From: Gammaproteobacteria bacterium
Lineage (GTDB): Bacteria > Pseudomonadota > Gammaproteobacteria > UBA12402
Reading direction: 5' to 3'
Assembly: GCA_965196985.1 (NCBI GenBank)
Contig: CBDALO010000039.1
Location: 4,575-68,574 of the forward strand
Length of the DNA: 64,000 nucleotides
Position numbers and translations under genes: made by a program. The notes beneath the pieces are model-generated. The model did not search any database, was not told the DNA's origin, and was given only the letters and a program-made list of their open reading frames with translations. How positions within the stretch are numbered: position 1 is the first letter of the stretch; every line of letters starts with the position of its first letter. Shown here in pieces: positions 51,844 through 61,638 of this stretch.

Positions 51844-52152
51844 GCTGGTTGGCGATACAGCGCTCTAGCTATACCAATTCGTTGGCGTTGCCCACCGGAA
51901 TGTTTTACTCCCTCTTCGCCAATCTTTGTCGTAACGTTGTTTTTAAGGGTTAAGATAAAGTCTTTCATTTGGGCTTTCTCTAGGCAATCCCAAACTAAAT
52001 CAAGGTCGATCTTTTCTGCATCAATACCAAAAGCTACGTTTTCTGCAACTGTGATATCGTAAAGCTCTATCTTTTGTGGTACGTATGCAAATAGTTTTTG
52101 CAATGCTAAGCGATCTTTTTCAGATTGAATCTCGTGTCCATCAACAAAAATT
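51844..52152 (-). pseudogene. ABC exporter ATP-binding domain, middle remnant
   Basis: ..IFVDGHEI..AYVPQKIELYDITVAENVAFG..GEEGVKHSGGQRQRIGIARALYRQPA (Q-loop, signature). The upstream part was replaced by IS256 copy 6. Confidence 0.8.
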
Positions 52153-53614
52153 GATAGAGCGTTATTTTGTCTGTAAAAACCAACTTCAGTACTTAGAAAA
52201 ACCTTTAAAATTCTAAATGGCACTCTATTGTACCTGTCTCATCGCATAATATCTTAAATTAATTATGCTAATCAATCTAAAAAATTATTTATACCTCAAA
52301 TTTTTCTCCTCTCAAAATAAATTATTAACTTTTAGGTAATAGCAATTATATCTCGTTAATAAGAACAAGAATGATCTATCCTAAAACCCTATGAAGCCTT
52401 ATTATTCACTTCAACTTAAGTATCTAGGTGATCCGCTCCACTGGTCATCAATTTCCACTAAAACAGCTGATACGAGCCTTAGGCACGATTCAATATTAGG
52501 GAAAATTCCAACTGTATGCGTCCTTCTTTTTACCTCTCTGTTTACGCGCTCAGCTATGTTACTGGTTCTTAATCTTTTTTGATGCGGCCTGTCAAAGTTC
52601 ATCACTACTAAGCCCTCCGGTATATTCACTTCCAACCAAGAAGAAAGCTCTGGTGCTGTTTGCTGATATTTATCTACCGCCATAGCCAATAGTCTTTCCG
52701 ACTCATGAATGTTTGAGGCATTAAATATAGCTGTAATCTCCTCAGCTACTGGTTCCTTCATTGAGCGCTTTGGTATGTGAGCCTGAGCATTTTGCTGCAA
52801 ATGAAATTGGCAGCGTTGCCAAGGAACACTGGGGAACACAGCTCTTCTAGCGGCTTTTAGGCCAGTATGAGCGTCGCTAGTAATCAACTCAATACCATGT
52901 ATACCTCGCTCAACCAACTGCTGAAGAAAATCACGCCAATGTACCTCAGCCTCTGATAACGCAACAGAAACACCTAGCACTGTTCTCTTGCCGGTTGATT
53001 CATCAAAGCCATAGGCTATCAATACCGCACAGTCTTGTACTGTGCCGCTAGTGCGCACCTTCTCATAACGTGCATCTAGCCAAAGATATTTTATCTTTCC
53101 TAACGGCTTATTTCGCCATTTCTTTAAATCTTCATCCAACAATTTAGCGCAACGGCTTACCTCTGTGCTTGAAATATCTGTTCCACAGAGTTGCTTTAGC
53201 ACCTTTTCAACTTTGCGCGTGGAAACCCCATGCACATACATTTCAGCGACAGCCAGCTTAAGTGCTCTATCAGAGCGTACACCTCGCTCTAAGACTGATG
53301 GATAGAAGGCTTCATTGGAGTCTCTAACCTGCGGTATCTGTAGCTCAAGCTGACCTTGACCTGTGTTAATTAACCTTGGTTTAAAGCCGTTCGCATATCC
53401 GTTTCTATCGCCAGTTCGCTCATAAGGACTGGCATTTAAATGGCGCTCCCTTTCTATTAACATAGCCTCATTCATCAACCTGGAGACAAGCTTAGGTAAA
53501 GCTTCAAACCCCTCCATCGCTAAAACATGTATGGCTTCTTCGATTAAGTTCTCATTTTTATAGCAGCTCATTGTCATTCCTCTTTTTTGGTTAAGTTTAC
53601 CTTAAAAGGAATTT
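52153..53614 (-). mobile_element. IS256-family IS, copy 6 (about 70 bp missing at the transposase-proximal end)
   Basis: Starts with gatagagcg at 52153. Identity to the other copies stops after ..cttaaaaggaattt at 53614. Confidence 0.88.
52411..53577 (-). CDS. IS256-family transposase (388 aa, T-to-I variant)
   Basis: Intact ORF, although the element lacks one terminus. Confidence 0.85.
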   Translation of the reverse strand: MTMSCYKNENLIEEAIHVLAMEGFEALPKLVSRLMNEAMLIERERHLNASPYERTGDRNGYANGFKPRLINTGQGQLELQIPQVRDSNEAFYPSVLERGVRSDRALKLAVAEMYVHGVSTRKVEKVLKQLCGTDISSTEVSRCAKLLDEDLKKWRNKPLGKIKYLWLDARYEKVRTSGTVQDCAVLIAYGFDESTGKRTVLGVSVALSEAEVHWRDFLQQLVERGIHGIELITSDAHTGLKAARRAVFPSVPWQRCQFHLQQNAQAHIPKRSMKEPVAEEITAIFNASNIHESERLLAMAVDKYQQTAPELSSWLEVNIPEGLVVMNFDRPHQKRLRTSNIAERVNREVKRRTHTVGIFPNIESCLRLVSAVLVEIDDQWSGSPRYLS

Positions 53615-55561
53615 GTATCCGTCTTATTTCAGCATGATGCTCATGCTGCGCTCTCTTTAGTTTACTGCGCCTGTGATGAGCGGATGGTAATTAATTCCGC
53701 TAGCGAAGGCATAGAATAGTTTTTTGTAATTCTGTCATATATATAATCGAAGACATTAACTGCTAGCTTTTTACATGTCTCAGTAATTGTAACCATTGTA
53801 TCCTTAGCTTTCGTTCCTTCTTCACTCATAGTATGAAGGTGTACATCGCGCATTCTAGCCTGCTTCCGAGCCATCAACTCTGCTGGATTGTTATGTAGAG
53901 GAAGCTCTGGCTTTTCCAGCACTAACAATAGCTGCCTTTTCTTTTTTAAGGTGAGCTCAATTTGTTTATCTAGTTTCTCGTAGCCAGTGATTGTTGAGAA
54001 TAACTCAGTAAACTCATTGGATAGCTTATCTATCTCATCTTGCCCTGGGTTCTTTTTATATTCAATGAGCTTATGATAATAATCCCAAAACCTATCCAAG
54101 AAGCTGTCAACAGAGTCTTGGTGCTTCTTAAAAATTGGCGTCAGCTTTTTATAATGCCTACCCTCATGAACCCAGCACAAGGCGAGTGATTCAGTAATGA
54201 GCTTAAACTGTGGCGCATCATCGGTAATGAGTGTTTCTATCGCATAAGGACTCTTTCTATATGTTGAGATAGCTGCCGCATCAGTAATCAGCTTTCTATA
54301 TTTTGGAAATTTTTTATCACCTAATACCTTATCAAGAATAACTTCCAGCTCCTTACTGTTTAAGATAGTCGATGAGTGAAATACCTTTAAGCTTTCGATT
54401 ACCTTGTGGGGTAAGTTCATAGTAGCCAGTAAATTAAAAGCGGCCTCATTTAATGTGAACCCAAAGTGGTCTTTGCTTAACATTTCAATGACGCTTAATC
54501 GACTTTTACTGGTCAGCGTAAAGTAAGCTGAATAATACTCATTACCCAATACATTAACATAACGGTTTTTCCCATCCTCTCTAGCGTTGGTGTCATCTAG
54601 GTGCTGGTAGTTCGTGGATTGTAAACCTGCCTTCACAACTTCTACCTTCTCGGGCTCAAGTATCGTAGGTGTTTTAATTGTGAAGCTATGGATGGTTGAT
54701 TTACTAATATCTATGTTGGCGGTTTTATAAAATGTCTCAAGGCTTTCTAGCGTCATACCACCTTGAGTATTTAGGAAGCTTGTCCAGCTTTTAATAGTAG
54801 GGCCGAACTGGCCCTCATAACCAGTTGGCAGAGGTGCTGTATAGTGTTTGTTTTCAGAAGGGGAGTAATATTGTTGGCGCAAAAAAAGAGTGTTATTAGC
54901 AGCAATTTTTATATCCTGGATAAGTGTTTTCTTAGAGCCATTTGGCACAGCATCGCTGGGCAACGAATCTGGATTAATTGTTAGTGTCACTGTATTAGAG
55001 ACTTCGAGATTTTTTTTACTAGATTTTGGCTTTCTAGTTTTATTGGTTTTATTTCCTTTTCTATCCTTCTCGGAGGAATGATCCTTGTCCTTGTTAGCGC
55101 GCGTTTGCTTTCTAACATTAGGCTTTCCTTGCTCACCTTTATATTTATTTAATGCGTTATTTAACGATTGCACCTTGTCTTCTAGCTTTATGATTTTCTC
55201 AGCCTGACTTTCACATACATTGCTAAAATCTGTTTCTAGTGCTGTTGGTGTAACAGTATTATTAAATCTCTCAATGAGATCGGCTAAAACTGATTTGTCA
55301 GGTTGTTTTTTCATAGGAAGAGTATACCACGGGTTTGAAAAGGTAAATTTTCCCCACACAGATGGCCGTACTGCTGAAATTATTTTTAAGCCATGAACCT
55401 GATCGATGAAAAAATAATCCGAGCATACAGCGTTGTTATAGAGCGCACATCATGCTTTTATGACACACGATGATTCCAATATAAAATTTCCAAATTTGCA
55501 CGAAAAAGCTGTCAAGAACTTTTTGAATTATTTTCAAATCATGCTGATATTGAACGGATAC
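53615..55561 (-). mobile_element. single-ORF IS66-family (ISBst12-like) IS (1947 bp)
   Basis: Imperfect IRs gtatccgtcttatttcagcatg / catgctgatattgaacggatac. The flanks are two different IS256 pieces. No TSD. Confidence 0.65.
53662..55359 (-). CDS. IS66-family-like transposase without TnpA/TnpB partners (565 aa; the start may be the MKKQPDK Met at 55314)
   Basis: Coiled-coil and basic N-terminus, ..YQHLDDTNARE.., ..LITDDAPQF.., ..ALCWVHEGRHYKKL.., ..LHNNPAELMARKQ.. (compare IS66 CWAH.RR and NN.AER). Confidence 0.6.
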   Translation of the reverse strand: MWGKFTFSNPWYTLPMKKQPDKSVLADLIERFNNTVTPTALETDFSNVCESQAEKIIKLEDKVQSLNNALNKYKGEQGKPNVRKQTRANKDKDHSSEKDRKGNKTNKTRKPKSSKKNLEVSNTVTLTINPDSLPSDAVPNGSKKTLIQDIKIAANNTLFLRQQYYSPSENKHYTAPLPTGYEGQFGPTIKSWTSFLNTQGGMTLESLETFYKTANIDISKSTIHSFTIKTPTILEPEKVEVVKAGLQSTNYQHLDDTNAREDGKNRYVNVLGNEYYSAYFTLTSKSRLSVIEMLSKDHFGFTLNEAAFNLLATMNLPHKVIESLKVFHSSTILNSKELEVILDKVLGDKKFPKYRKLITDAAAISTYRKSPYAIETLITDDAPQFKLITESLALCWVHEGRHYKKLTPIFKKHQDSVDSFLDRFWDYYHKLIEYKKNPGQDEIDKLSNEFTELFSTITGYEKLDKQIELTLKKKRQLLLVLEKPELPLHNNPAELMARKQARMRDVHLHTMSEEGTKAKDTMVTITETCKKLAVNVFDYIYDRITKNYSMPSLAELITIRSSQAQ

Positions 55562-56137
55562 ATATTTAATGCCTCAAACATTCATGAGTCGGAAAGACTA
55601 TTGGCTATGGCGGTAGATAAATATCAGCAAACAGCACCAGAGCTTTCTTCTTGGTTGGAAGTCAATATACCGGAGGGCTTAGTAGTGATGAACTTTGACA
55701 GGCCGCATCAAAAAAGATTAAGAACCAGTAACATAGCTGAGCGCGTAAACAGAGAGGTAAAAAGAAGGACGCATACAGTTGGAATTTTCCCTAATACTGA
55801 ATCGTGCCTAAGGCTCGTATCAGCTGTTTTAGTGGAAATTGATGACCAGTGGAGCGGATCACCTAGATACTTAAGTTGAAGTGAATAATAAGGCTTCATA
55901 GGGTTTTAGGATAGATCATTCTTGTTCTTATTAACGAGATATAATTGCTATTACCTAAAAGTTAATAATTTATTTTGAGAGGAGAAAAATTTGAGGTATA
56001 AATAATTTTTTAGATTGATTAGCATAATTAATTTAAGATATTATGCGATGAGACAGGTACAATAGAGTGCCATTTAGAATTTTAAAGGTTTTTCTAAGTA
56101 CTGAAGTTGGTTTTTACAGACAAAATAACGCTCTATC
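55562..56137 (+). mobile_element. IS256-family fragment, copy 7 (last 576 bp, opposite orientation to copy 6)
   Basis: Matches 34792-35367 of copy 5 and contains only the last 106 codons of the transposase. Confidence 0.88.
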
Positions 56138-57082
56138 GGCAGCCTTGGATTTAGTGAAAAACTTATATAACCTTTTGAAATTATTACTAATAATGGATGT
56201 GGTTATGATACATGAGCGCGAGGTTATAGAGTTATTTTGTCGCATAGATGATTTTGCTGAGGAATTTGCAGCACTTGAGCGCAAAGATCTACTCCCTTCA
56301 TCTGCAGAAAAAAAGTCAGGTCCACCTTGTTGTTTAGCTTATAGCGAGATTATGACAATCATGATTTTGTTCCAAATGATCGGCTATAGAAACTTTAAAT
56401 ATTTTTATACTGGCTTTCTAAAAACATACTGGGGACATTACTTCCCTAATTTACCCAGTTACTCACGTTTTATTGAATTGATGCCTAGAGCGCTAATGCC
56501 ACTGACAATTTTTATTACTCTCAACGGTGGCAGGCGTAGTGGCATTTACTACATTGACTCAAGTTGCCTACCAAACTGTCACATTAAACGCACTAAACGC
56601 CACCGCACATTTAAAGCGGTTGCAAAACTTGGAAAAACATCTGTTGGTTGGTTTTTTGGTCTGAAACTTCATTTAGTAATCAATGACATAGGTGAGTTAA
56701 TCGCCTTTAAAGTCACGCCCGGCAATCATCATGATTTAGCTGCAGGTGTCTCATTGTTTGAAGGGCTGGAGGCTTTGGCCTTCGGAGATAAAGGCTATAT
56801 TGGGAAGGCTGTTTTTGAAAAACTACTTGATAGCGGTTTGAAGTTAATTACACGCAAAAGAAAAAATATGAAAAATGCGCAGCCACTTAGCGATCACGAG
56901 CAACAGTTATTAAATCAGCGAGGGATCATTGAGACTGTTTTTGGCTGCTTGAAACATAAGTTTCATATTTGGCACACCAGACATCGCTCGGTTGCAAATG
57001 CTATTACACATCTTGTTGCTGGGTTGGCTGCTTATATTATTGAGCCATTAACAATTACTGCAGTGAAAAGGTTGCCAAGCAA
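56138..57082 (+). mobile_element. IS982-family IS; boundaries approximate
   Basis: Single transposase ORF with a weak inverted match gccttgga / gccaagc at the ends. Abuts the IS256 fragment and the truncated SDR gene. Confidence 0.55.
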
Positions 57083-57086
57083 TTAG
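56193..57086 (+). CDS. IS982-family transposase
   Basis: ..VIELFCRIDDFAEEF.., ..YYIDSSCLP.CH.., ..AFGDKGYIG.., ..QRGIIETVFGCLKHKF... The upstream part of the 339-aa ORF is IS256 terminal sequence. Confidence 0.8.
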   Translation: MDVVMIHEREVIELFCRIDDFAEEFAALERKDLLPSSAEKKSGPPCCLAYSEIMTIMILFQMIGYRNFKYFYTGFLKTYWGHYFPNLPSYSRFIELMPRALMPLTIFITLNGGRRSGIYYIDSSCLPNCHIKRTKRHRTFKAVAKLGKTSVGWFFGLKLHLVINDIGELIAFKVTPGNHHDLAAGVSLFEGLEALAFGDKGYIGKAVFEKLLDSGLKLITRKRKNMKNAQPLSDHEQQLLNQRGIIETVFGCLKHKFHIWHTRHRSVANAITHLVAGLAAYIIEPLTITAVKRLPSN

Positions 57087-57520
57087 AATTTAATTACTTG
57101 ATCACTATTAACTCCGAACTGGGGTTTATTAAACATACGCTTCTTTTTTAGACCTGAAACTAAATAAATCGCTGACTTAACGTTGACATCTATTAGATTA
57201 TCTACTGAATCTGGGTCAATAAAACGTAGCGGCTCCGTTATAGAAATACCAGCACTATGCACTACCCCATCCAATTTAGTTTGAACCAGAGCAGTACGAG
57301 CAAGTAAATCAGTAACGCCTTTATAAGAACTTAAGTCAGCAGGAAACACTTGGTGCTTTTTTGCTGCTTTCATTAAAGATCGGGTCTTTTCGAGCTCATT
57401 TTCAGAGCGTCCTGATAATAATACTTCAGCACCAAGCTCACTGAGCAAAACTGCCGTTGCTCGACCAATACCAGAAGAAGCACCGGTAACTAAAATTACC
57501 TTACCAGTTAATTCAATCAC
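57083..57520 (-). pseudogene. short-chain dehydrogenase/reductase, N-terminal ~140 codons only
   Basis: ..KVILVTGASSGIGRATA.. Rossmann motif. The ORF stops at the IS982 junction before the catalytic YxxxK region. Confidence 0.6.
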
Positions 57521-57532
57521 TTTGGTACTCGA

Positions 57533-57769
57533 CTATAGGTTATCGTTGCTGTTTTTAACGGCAACAAACAAATCTTCAACACTACCCAGCTTGAGAATTT
57601 CACCCGGATCTAACTGAAAACCAAACTTTTTATCTAGCAGAGATATCAATCCCAGCATAGAAATCGAATCAATTAGCTCGTTATCAGACAGTAATTCTTT
57701 GCCAGTAATTGTGCCCGTATCCAGCTCAAACGTCTCATCCAGTAGTTCATAAAATTCAGTTTTGTTCAT
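57533..57769 (-). CDS. acyl carrier protein-like (78 aa)
   Basis: Small acidic protein with ..LIDSISMLGLI.. (DS[IL] phosphopantetheine-serine context). Confidence 0.65.
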   Translation of the reverse strand: MNKTEFYELLDETFELDTGTITGKELLSDNELIDSISMLGLISLLDKKFGFQLDPGEILKLGSVEDLFVAVKNSNDNL

Positions 57770-57910
57770 AGCCGCTCAGCCCGGTACTCCAGAGAAATTC
57801 GGTGTCCATATTATACAGAGAGGCAATTAAAATGCAAAAATGGCACAATAGAAAGTGCCTCATACCAACACTACACATAGCGGACTAACCCATAAACACG
57901 AATCTTACCT

Positions 57911-59143
57911 CTAAGATAGACTACCTTTAGTCACCAATTCTAAAGTTTGCGCTAATTTTAATGCGGCGGCTGAGGCCTCATGGTTCTTACGAACATATTC
58001 TCGACCATTTAACCCCATTTTATTTCGTTCATCAGCTGGCATAGCTGCAAGCTTTATCATTGCTTTAGCAAGTAACTCAGGGTTATTAGCTGGTACAGAC
58101 AACCCCGCTTTTGCCTCAAAAACAGGATCATATTGACAACTTCCAGAAAAGACTATTGGACGTGCCGCGGCCATATAGTCAAATAGCTTATTAGGGCTAT
58201 GCCCCCACTGATAAAGCGGTGAATCTGATATCGTTAATAAAAATGCATCCGCTTGCGCCAGCATGCTAAATAACTCGTCTTTAGAGACTGAGTCAACAAA
58301 CTCAACAATACTAATATCCTCAGCCTTTGCTATGAGGCTAGCCTTTTCAGGCCCCTTACCAATAAACCTAATTTTCATTTGAGGTATCGATTTTCCACTC
58401 TTATACTCTATTAGCTTCGCTGCCTCTAGAATCAAATAAAGATTATTTGATAAGCCATGAGACCCAGCATAAACAAAAGTAAAAACTGAATTTTTAGATT
58501 GAACAGCCTCATCATTTAACAAATCAAATGAAATAAAATTAGGAATATTGATAATTTTTGACGTAGAAACACCGTATTGGCTTATATACCCTCCAACATT
58601 AGGCAGCAAAGAAACTATTTTATCAGCGCCTCGATACAGCGCCTTTTCCATCAACCTCATTACTTGTACAAGGGGATGAAGCCTTGATATACCCCCAAGC
58701 TTTATTAATGTTTCAGGCCATAAATCTCTCACTTCAAACACAAAAGGAACCTTTAATTCTTTTGCCAACCTATAACTTGCAAAAGCAGAAAAAAGATCGG
58801 GAGAAGAACCCATAATAACGTCCGGATACTTTCGCTCTTTAAAGTAACGCAACTTTCGCACCTTGTTTGCAAAGAAGAGCATATTCCAAATTCTACGCCA
58901 ATTATTTCTCTTGTACTCAGGAGTTTTAAACCATTCAACATGAACATTTGACAATTTGAAAAAATCATCGCCCGATAGATTTTCTTTTACAATTCGGGCC
59001 TTGGAGAAATGATTAAAGTCACCAGCAAAAACGCTTACATCATGACCAAGCCTTGCCAGCTCCCTGGCAAAATGATAATGACGAGTGCTCCCTGGCTCAG
59101 CAAGAGGTAGAAAATTATTGTGTATTATCCAAATTTTCATCAT
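57911..59143 (-). CDS. glycosyltransferase family 4 (WbuB-like)
   Basis: 410 aa. N-terminal GT4 domain, with a C-terminal ..E...G....E..A.G.P.. type region (..SPNKLFDYMAAARPIV..). Confidence 0.7.
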   Translation of the reverse strand: MMKIWIIHNNFLPLAEPGSTRHYHFARELARLGHDVSVFAGDFNHFSKARIVKENLSGDDFFKLSNVHVEWFKTPEYKRNNWRRIWNMLFFANKVRKLRYFKERKYPDVIMGSSPDLFSAFASYRLAKELKVPFVFEVRDLWPETLIKLGGISRLHPLVQVMRLMEKALYRGADKIVSLLPNVGGYISQYGVSTSKIINIPNFISFDLLNDEAVQSKNSVFTFVYAGSHGLSNNLYLILEAAKLIEYKSGKSIPQMKIRFIGKGPEKASLIAKAEDISIVEFVDSVSKDELFSMLAQADAFLLTISDSPLYQWGHSPNKLFDYMAAARPIVFSGSCQYDPVFEAKAGLSVPANNPELLAKAMIKLAAMPADERNKMGLNGREYVRKNHEASAAALKLAQTLELVTKGSLS

Positions 59144-59165
59144 ATAACCAATTTTTTAAGCTAAA

Positions 59166-59927
59166 TTATGCAGTCGCACAATACTCTTCGTAGGCACTGA
59201 TAACTTGGTTAACCTCACCTAGCTTTTTTAGACTCCCATGCTCCAACCATAAAGCTTTATTACAAAACTGTTTTACGATCTCATTAGAATGGGAAGCCAT
59301 TACAAGTATATTTGACTGCTCAACATATGTATTCATACGAGCCTTTGCCTTCTCTAAAAAGCGTGCGTCACCTGCACCAATTACTTCGTCAATAAGAAGA
59401 ATATCGGGAGTTACAACCGTTGACAGTCCAAACGCTAAACGCAAAGCCATGCCAGAAGAATAAGTCTTTACCGGTAAGGAAAGGTAACTACCCATCTCCG
59501 TAAATTCTTCTATATCTGCAATAATTTCAGGAACATCCTCTTTGGCAATTCCTAAAAAAACACATCGCGTTTTTATGTTTTCATAACCAGATAGCTCTAA
59601 CTGCATACCTAAATTCACATCTAATAATGATGAAATCTTTCCGTGAATTTTCACACGGCCAACGCTAGGCTCAAAAATTCCTGCTAATACTCGTAATAAA
59701 GTCGACTTACCTGCGCCATTATGTCCAATCAAACCAAGACGATCACCTTTTTTGAGCACAAAGCTTATATCAGATAAAGCTTTAACTACTGTTGTTTCAC
59801 CTGCAACTTGCTTAATAACTCCACCCGTTGCAACTTTAATAATATGCTTTTTAATTGATCGAGAGTTTACCCCTAATATAGGGTAGTTTAAGGAAACATT
59901 GTTTAAACTGATTTCAGATAGGCTCAT
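59166..59927 (-). CDS. wzt: polysaccharide ABC transporter ATP-binding protein (Wzt/KpsT/TagH-type, no C-terminal extension)
   Basis: GHNGAGKSTLL, ..YSSGMALRLAF.., ..LLIDEV.. Lies next to an ABC-2 permease. Confidence 0.8.
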   Translation of the reverse strand: MSLSEISLNNVSLNYPILGVNSRSIKKHIIKVATGGVIKQVAGETTVVKALSDISFVLKKGDRLGLIGHNGAGKSTLLRVLAGIFEPSVGRVKIHGKISSLLDVNLGMQLELSGYENIKTRCVFLGIAKEDVPEIIADIEEFTEMGSYLSLPVKTYSSGMALRLAFGLSTVVTPDILLIDEVIGAGDARFLEKAKARMNTYVEQSNILVMASHSNEIVKQFCNKALWLEHGSLKKLGEVNQVISAYEEYCATA

Positions 59928-59930
59928 AGA

Positions 59931-60731
59931 TTAAATCCAATAAGGAATGCTCGCTCGCTTTCTTATAAACAAAGGAATAGCAACTGCATAGACTAATACC
60001 GCAAAACACAAACAAAACTCCCAACTATGAAGCTTAGGAGCATCTCCTAATAAAGGAGAACGTATTAAGTCTAAGAAGTAATAAATAGGGTTAACATGCA
60101 AAATCAATGAACCCCTACCTATTAGGTGAGGCATCCATGTAACTGGCGATACAAAAAATAGCACCTGCATAATTGTATTAATTATTGGGGGGATATCCCT
60201 ATATCGCGTAGCAATAATAGAAATAATCAAACCAATACCAGTAATGTTAATAGTGACTAGCAGCATCCCTGGGAAAAAGAGCAACGTATAACCTGACAGG
60301 TGGATAGTAAACAAAATCAGTACAATAAAATAAACCGCAAGATTATGAAGAAAGATAATAAGATTTTTCCAGATGATTCGATAGAGATATAAAGTATACG
60401 GTAGCTGGACCTGATAAATGTAAGGCTTTGAGGCAACAAAAACATCACAACTATCAATAAATACTCCAGAAATGTATGCCCAAGCAAGGAACCCTCCTGT
60501 TAAAAAAGGTACATAGTTAGACAAAGACTGGTGAAACAAGCGACTATAAACAAACCCAAAAGCAACTAAATAAAGAGCCAAACTTAGTGTAATCCAAAAC
60601 GGGCCCAAAATTGACCCAGCATATTTTTGACGAATATCATTCCAGCCCAAATGAGACCATAACTTTCTGTGCGTTGCACAGCTCATCAAATCTACTAAAG
60701 CTCTAGAAGTTTTACTTTTGTATTTATTCAT
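59931..60731 (-). CDS. wzm: ABC-2 type polysaccharide export permease (Wzm/KpsM-type)
   Basis: 266 aa with six hydrophobic segments, immediately upstream of wzt. Confidence 0.8.
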   Translation of the reverse strand: MNKYKSKTSRALVDLMSCATHRKLWSHLGWNDIRQKYAGSILGPFWITLSLALYLVAFGFVYSRLFHQSLSNYVPFLTGGFLAWAYISGVFIDSCDVFVASKPYIYQVQLPYTLYLYRIIWKNLIIFLHNLAVYFIVLILFTIHLSGYTLLFFPGMLLVTINITGIGLIISIIATRYRDIPPIINTIMQVLFFVSPVTWMPHLIGRGSLILHVNPIYYFLDLIRSPLLGDAPKLHSWEFCLCFAVLVYAVAIPLFIRKRASIPYWI

Positions 60732-60756
60732 TGCAATACTTAATATCTACGCAAAC

Positions 60757-61638
60757 TCAAGGTGCAATAGGTTTCTTTGCTAAAGATTTACCAGGGTTGC
60801 CCGCAACCACCATACCCTCTGCCACATCCTTTAAAACGACAGCTCCGATCCCTACTAAAGCGCCTCTACCAATAGCTACTTTCTGAATAATGCTCGCGTT
60901 TGGTGCGACCCAAGCATTCTTCCCAATCTTAACACCACCACTCACTTCAGCACAAGCAATGATAAAAGCACCATCATCAATGTAGGCATTGTGTGCAATA
61001 TGTACTAAGTTATCTATTTTTACATCGTTACCAAGGTAGGTCGTCCCCATCGTACCCCTACAAATTGTAGAGTTACAACCAACTTGGACATTATCACCAA
61101 GCTCAAGAGAACCTAAATGAGGCATACGAATAATTGTATCATTTTCATCACGCTCAAAACCAAAACCATCTTCACCTAATACTGCGCCAGGCTGTATATA
61201 ACAATTTTGCCCTATCTTTGTGCCCGCTCTAATCGTCACATTGTGACTAATAATTGAATCCTTCCCTATAACTACATTTTCTTCAATAACAACATTTTGT
61301 CCAATTTGAACGGTAGGATGTATTACTGGCGCTTGTTTGTTTTCTTGAATGCCAATATGTTCCAACAAAAAATTCAACGCCTTCATAAAAGCTAAGCGCG
61401 GATTCTTTGCCTGCAAAATTGCTTCGCCCTCTTGAGCTCGCTCAACATCCGCGATAACGAAAGCTCCTTTAAAGTTACTTTTATCTTTATAATAATGGTT
61501 AGCAAAGCATAATGCACCTTCACATATCTCACTTAATGGTGCAATTAGCTTGATCTCATTATCGTCACCTAGCAAAGCTAAGTTTAATTCCTCAGCAAGC
61601 AATGATGCTTTTACTGAACTTTTTAAATAGATACGCAT
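60757..61638 (-). CDS. LpxD-like left-handed beta-helix acyltransferase
   Basis: Non-repeat N-domain followed by many hexapeptide repeats (..IGQNVVIEENVVIGKDSIISHNVTI.., ..IAHNAYIDDGAFI..). Confidence 0.65.
   Translation of the reverse strand: MRIYLKSSVKASLLAEELNLALLGDDNEIKLIAPLSEICEGALCFANHYYKDKSNFKGAFVIADVERAQEGEAILQAKNPRLAFMKALNFLLEHIGIQENKQAPVIHPTVQIGQNVVIEENVVIGKDSIISHNVTIRAGTKIGQNCYIQPGAVLGEDGFGFERDENDTIIRMPHLGSLELGDNVQVGCNSTICRGTMGTTYLGNDVKIDNLVHIAHNAYIDDGAFIIACAEVSGGVKIGKNAWVAPNASIIQKVAIGRGALVGIGAVVLKDVAEGMVVAGNPGKSLAKKPIAP

Noticed and set aside
56067-56192. MPFRILKVFLSTEVGFYRQNNALS N-terminus of the 339-aa ORF, also present on the 127-aa ORF at 51840-52223
   Set aside because: This is the other IS256 terminus read outward. 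The real genes (IS982 transposase, ABC fragment) begin or end at the IS junction.
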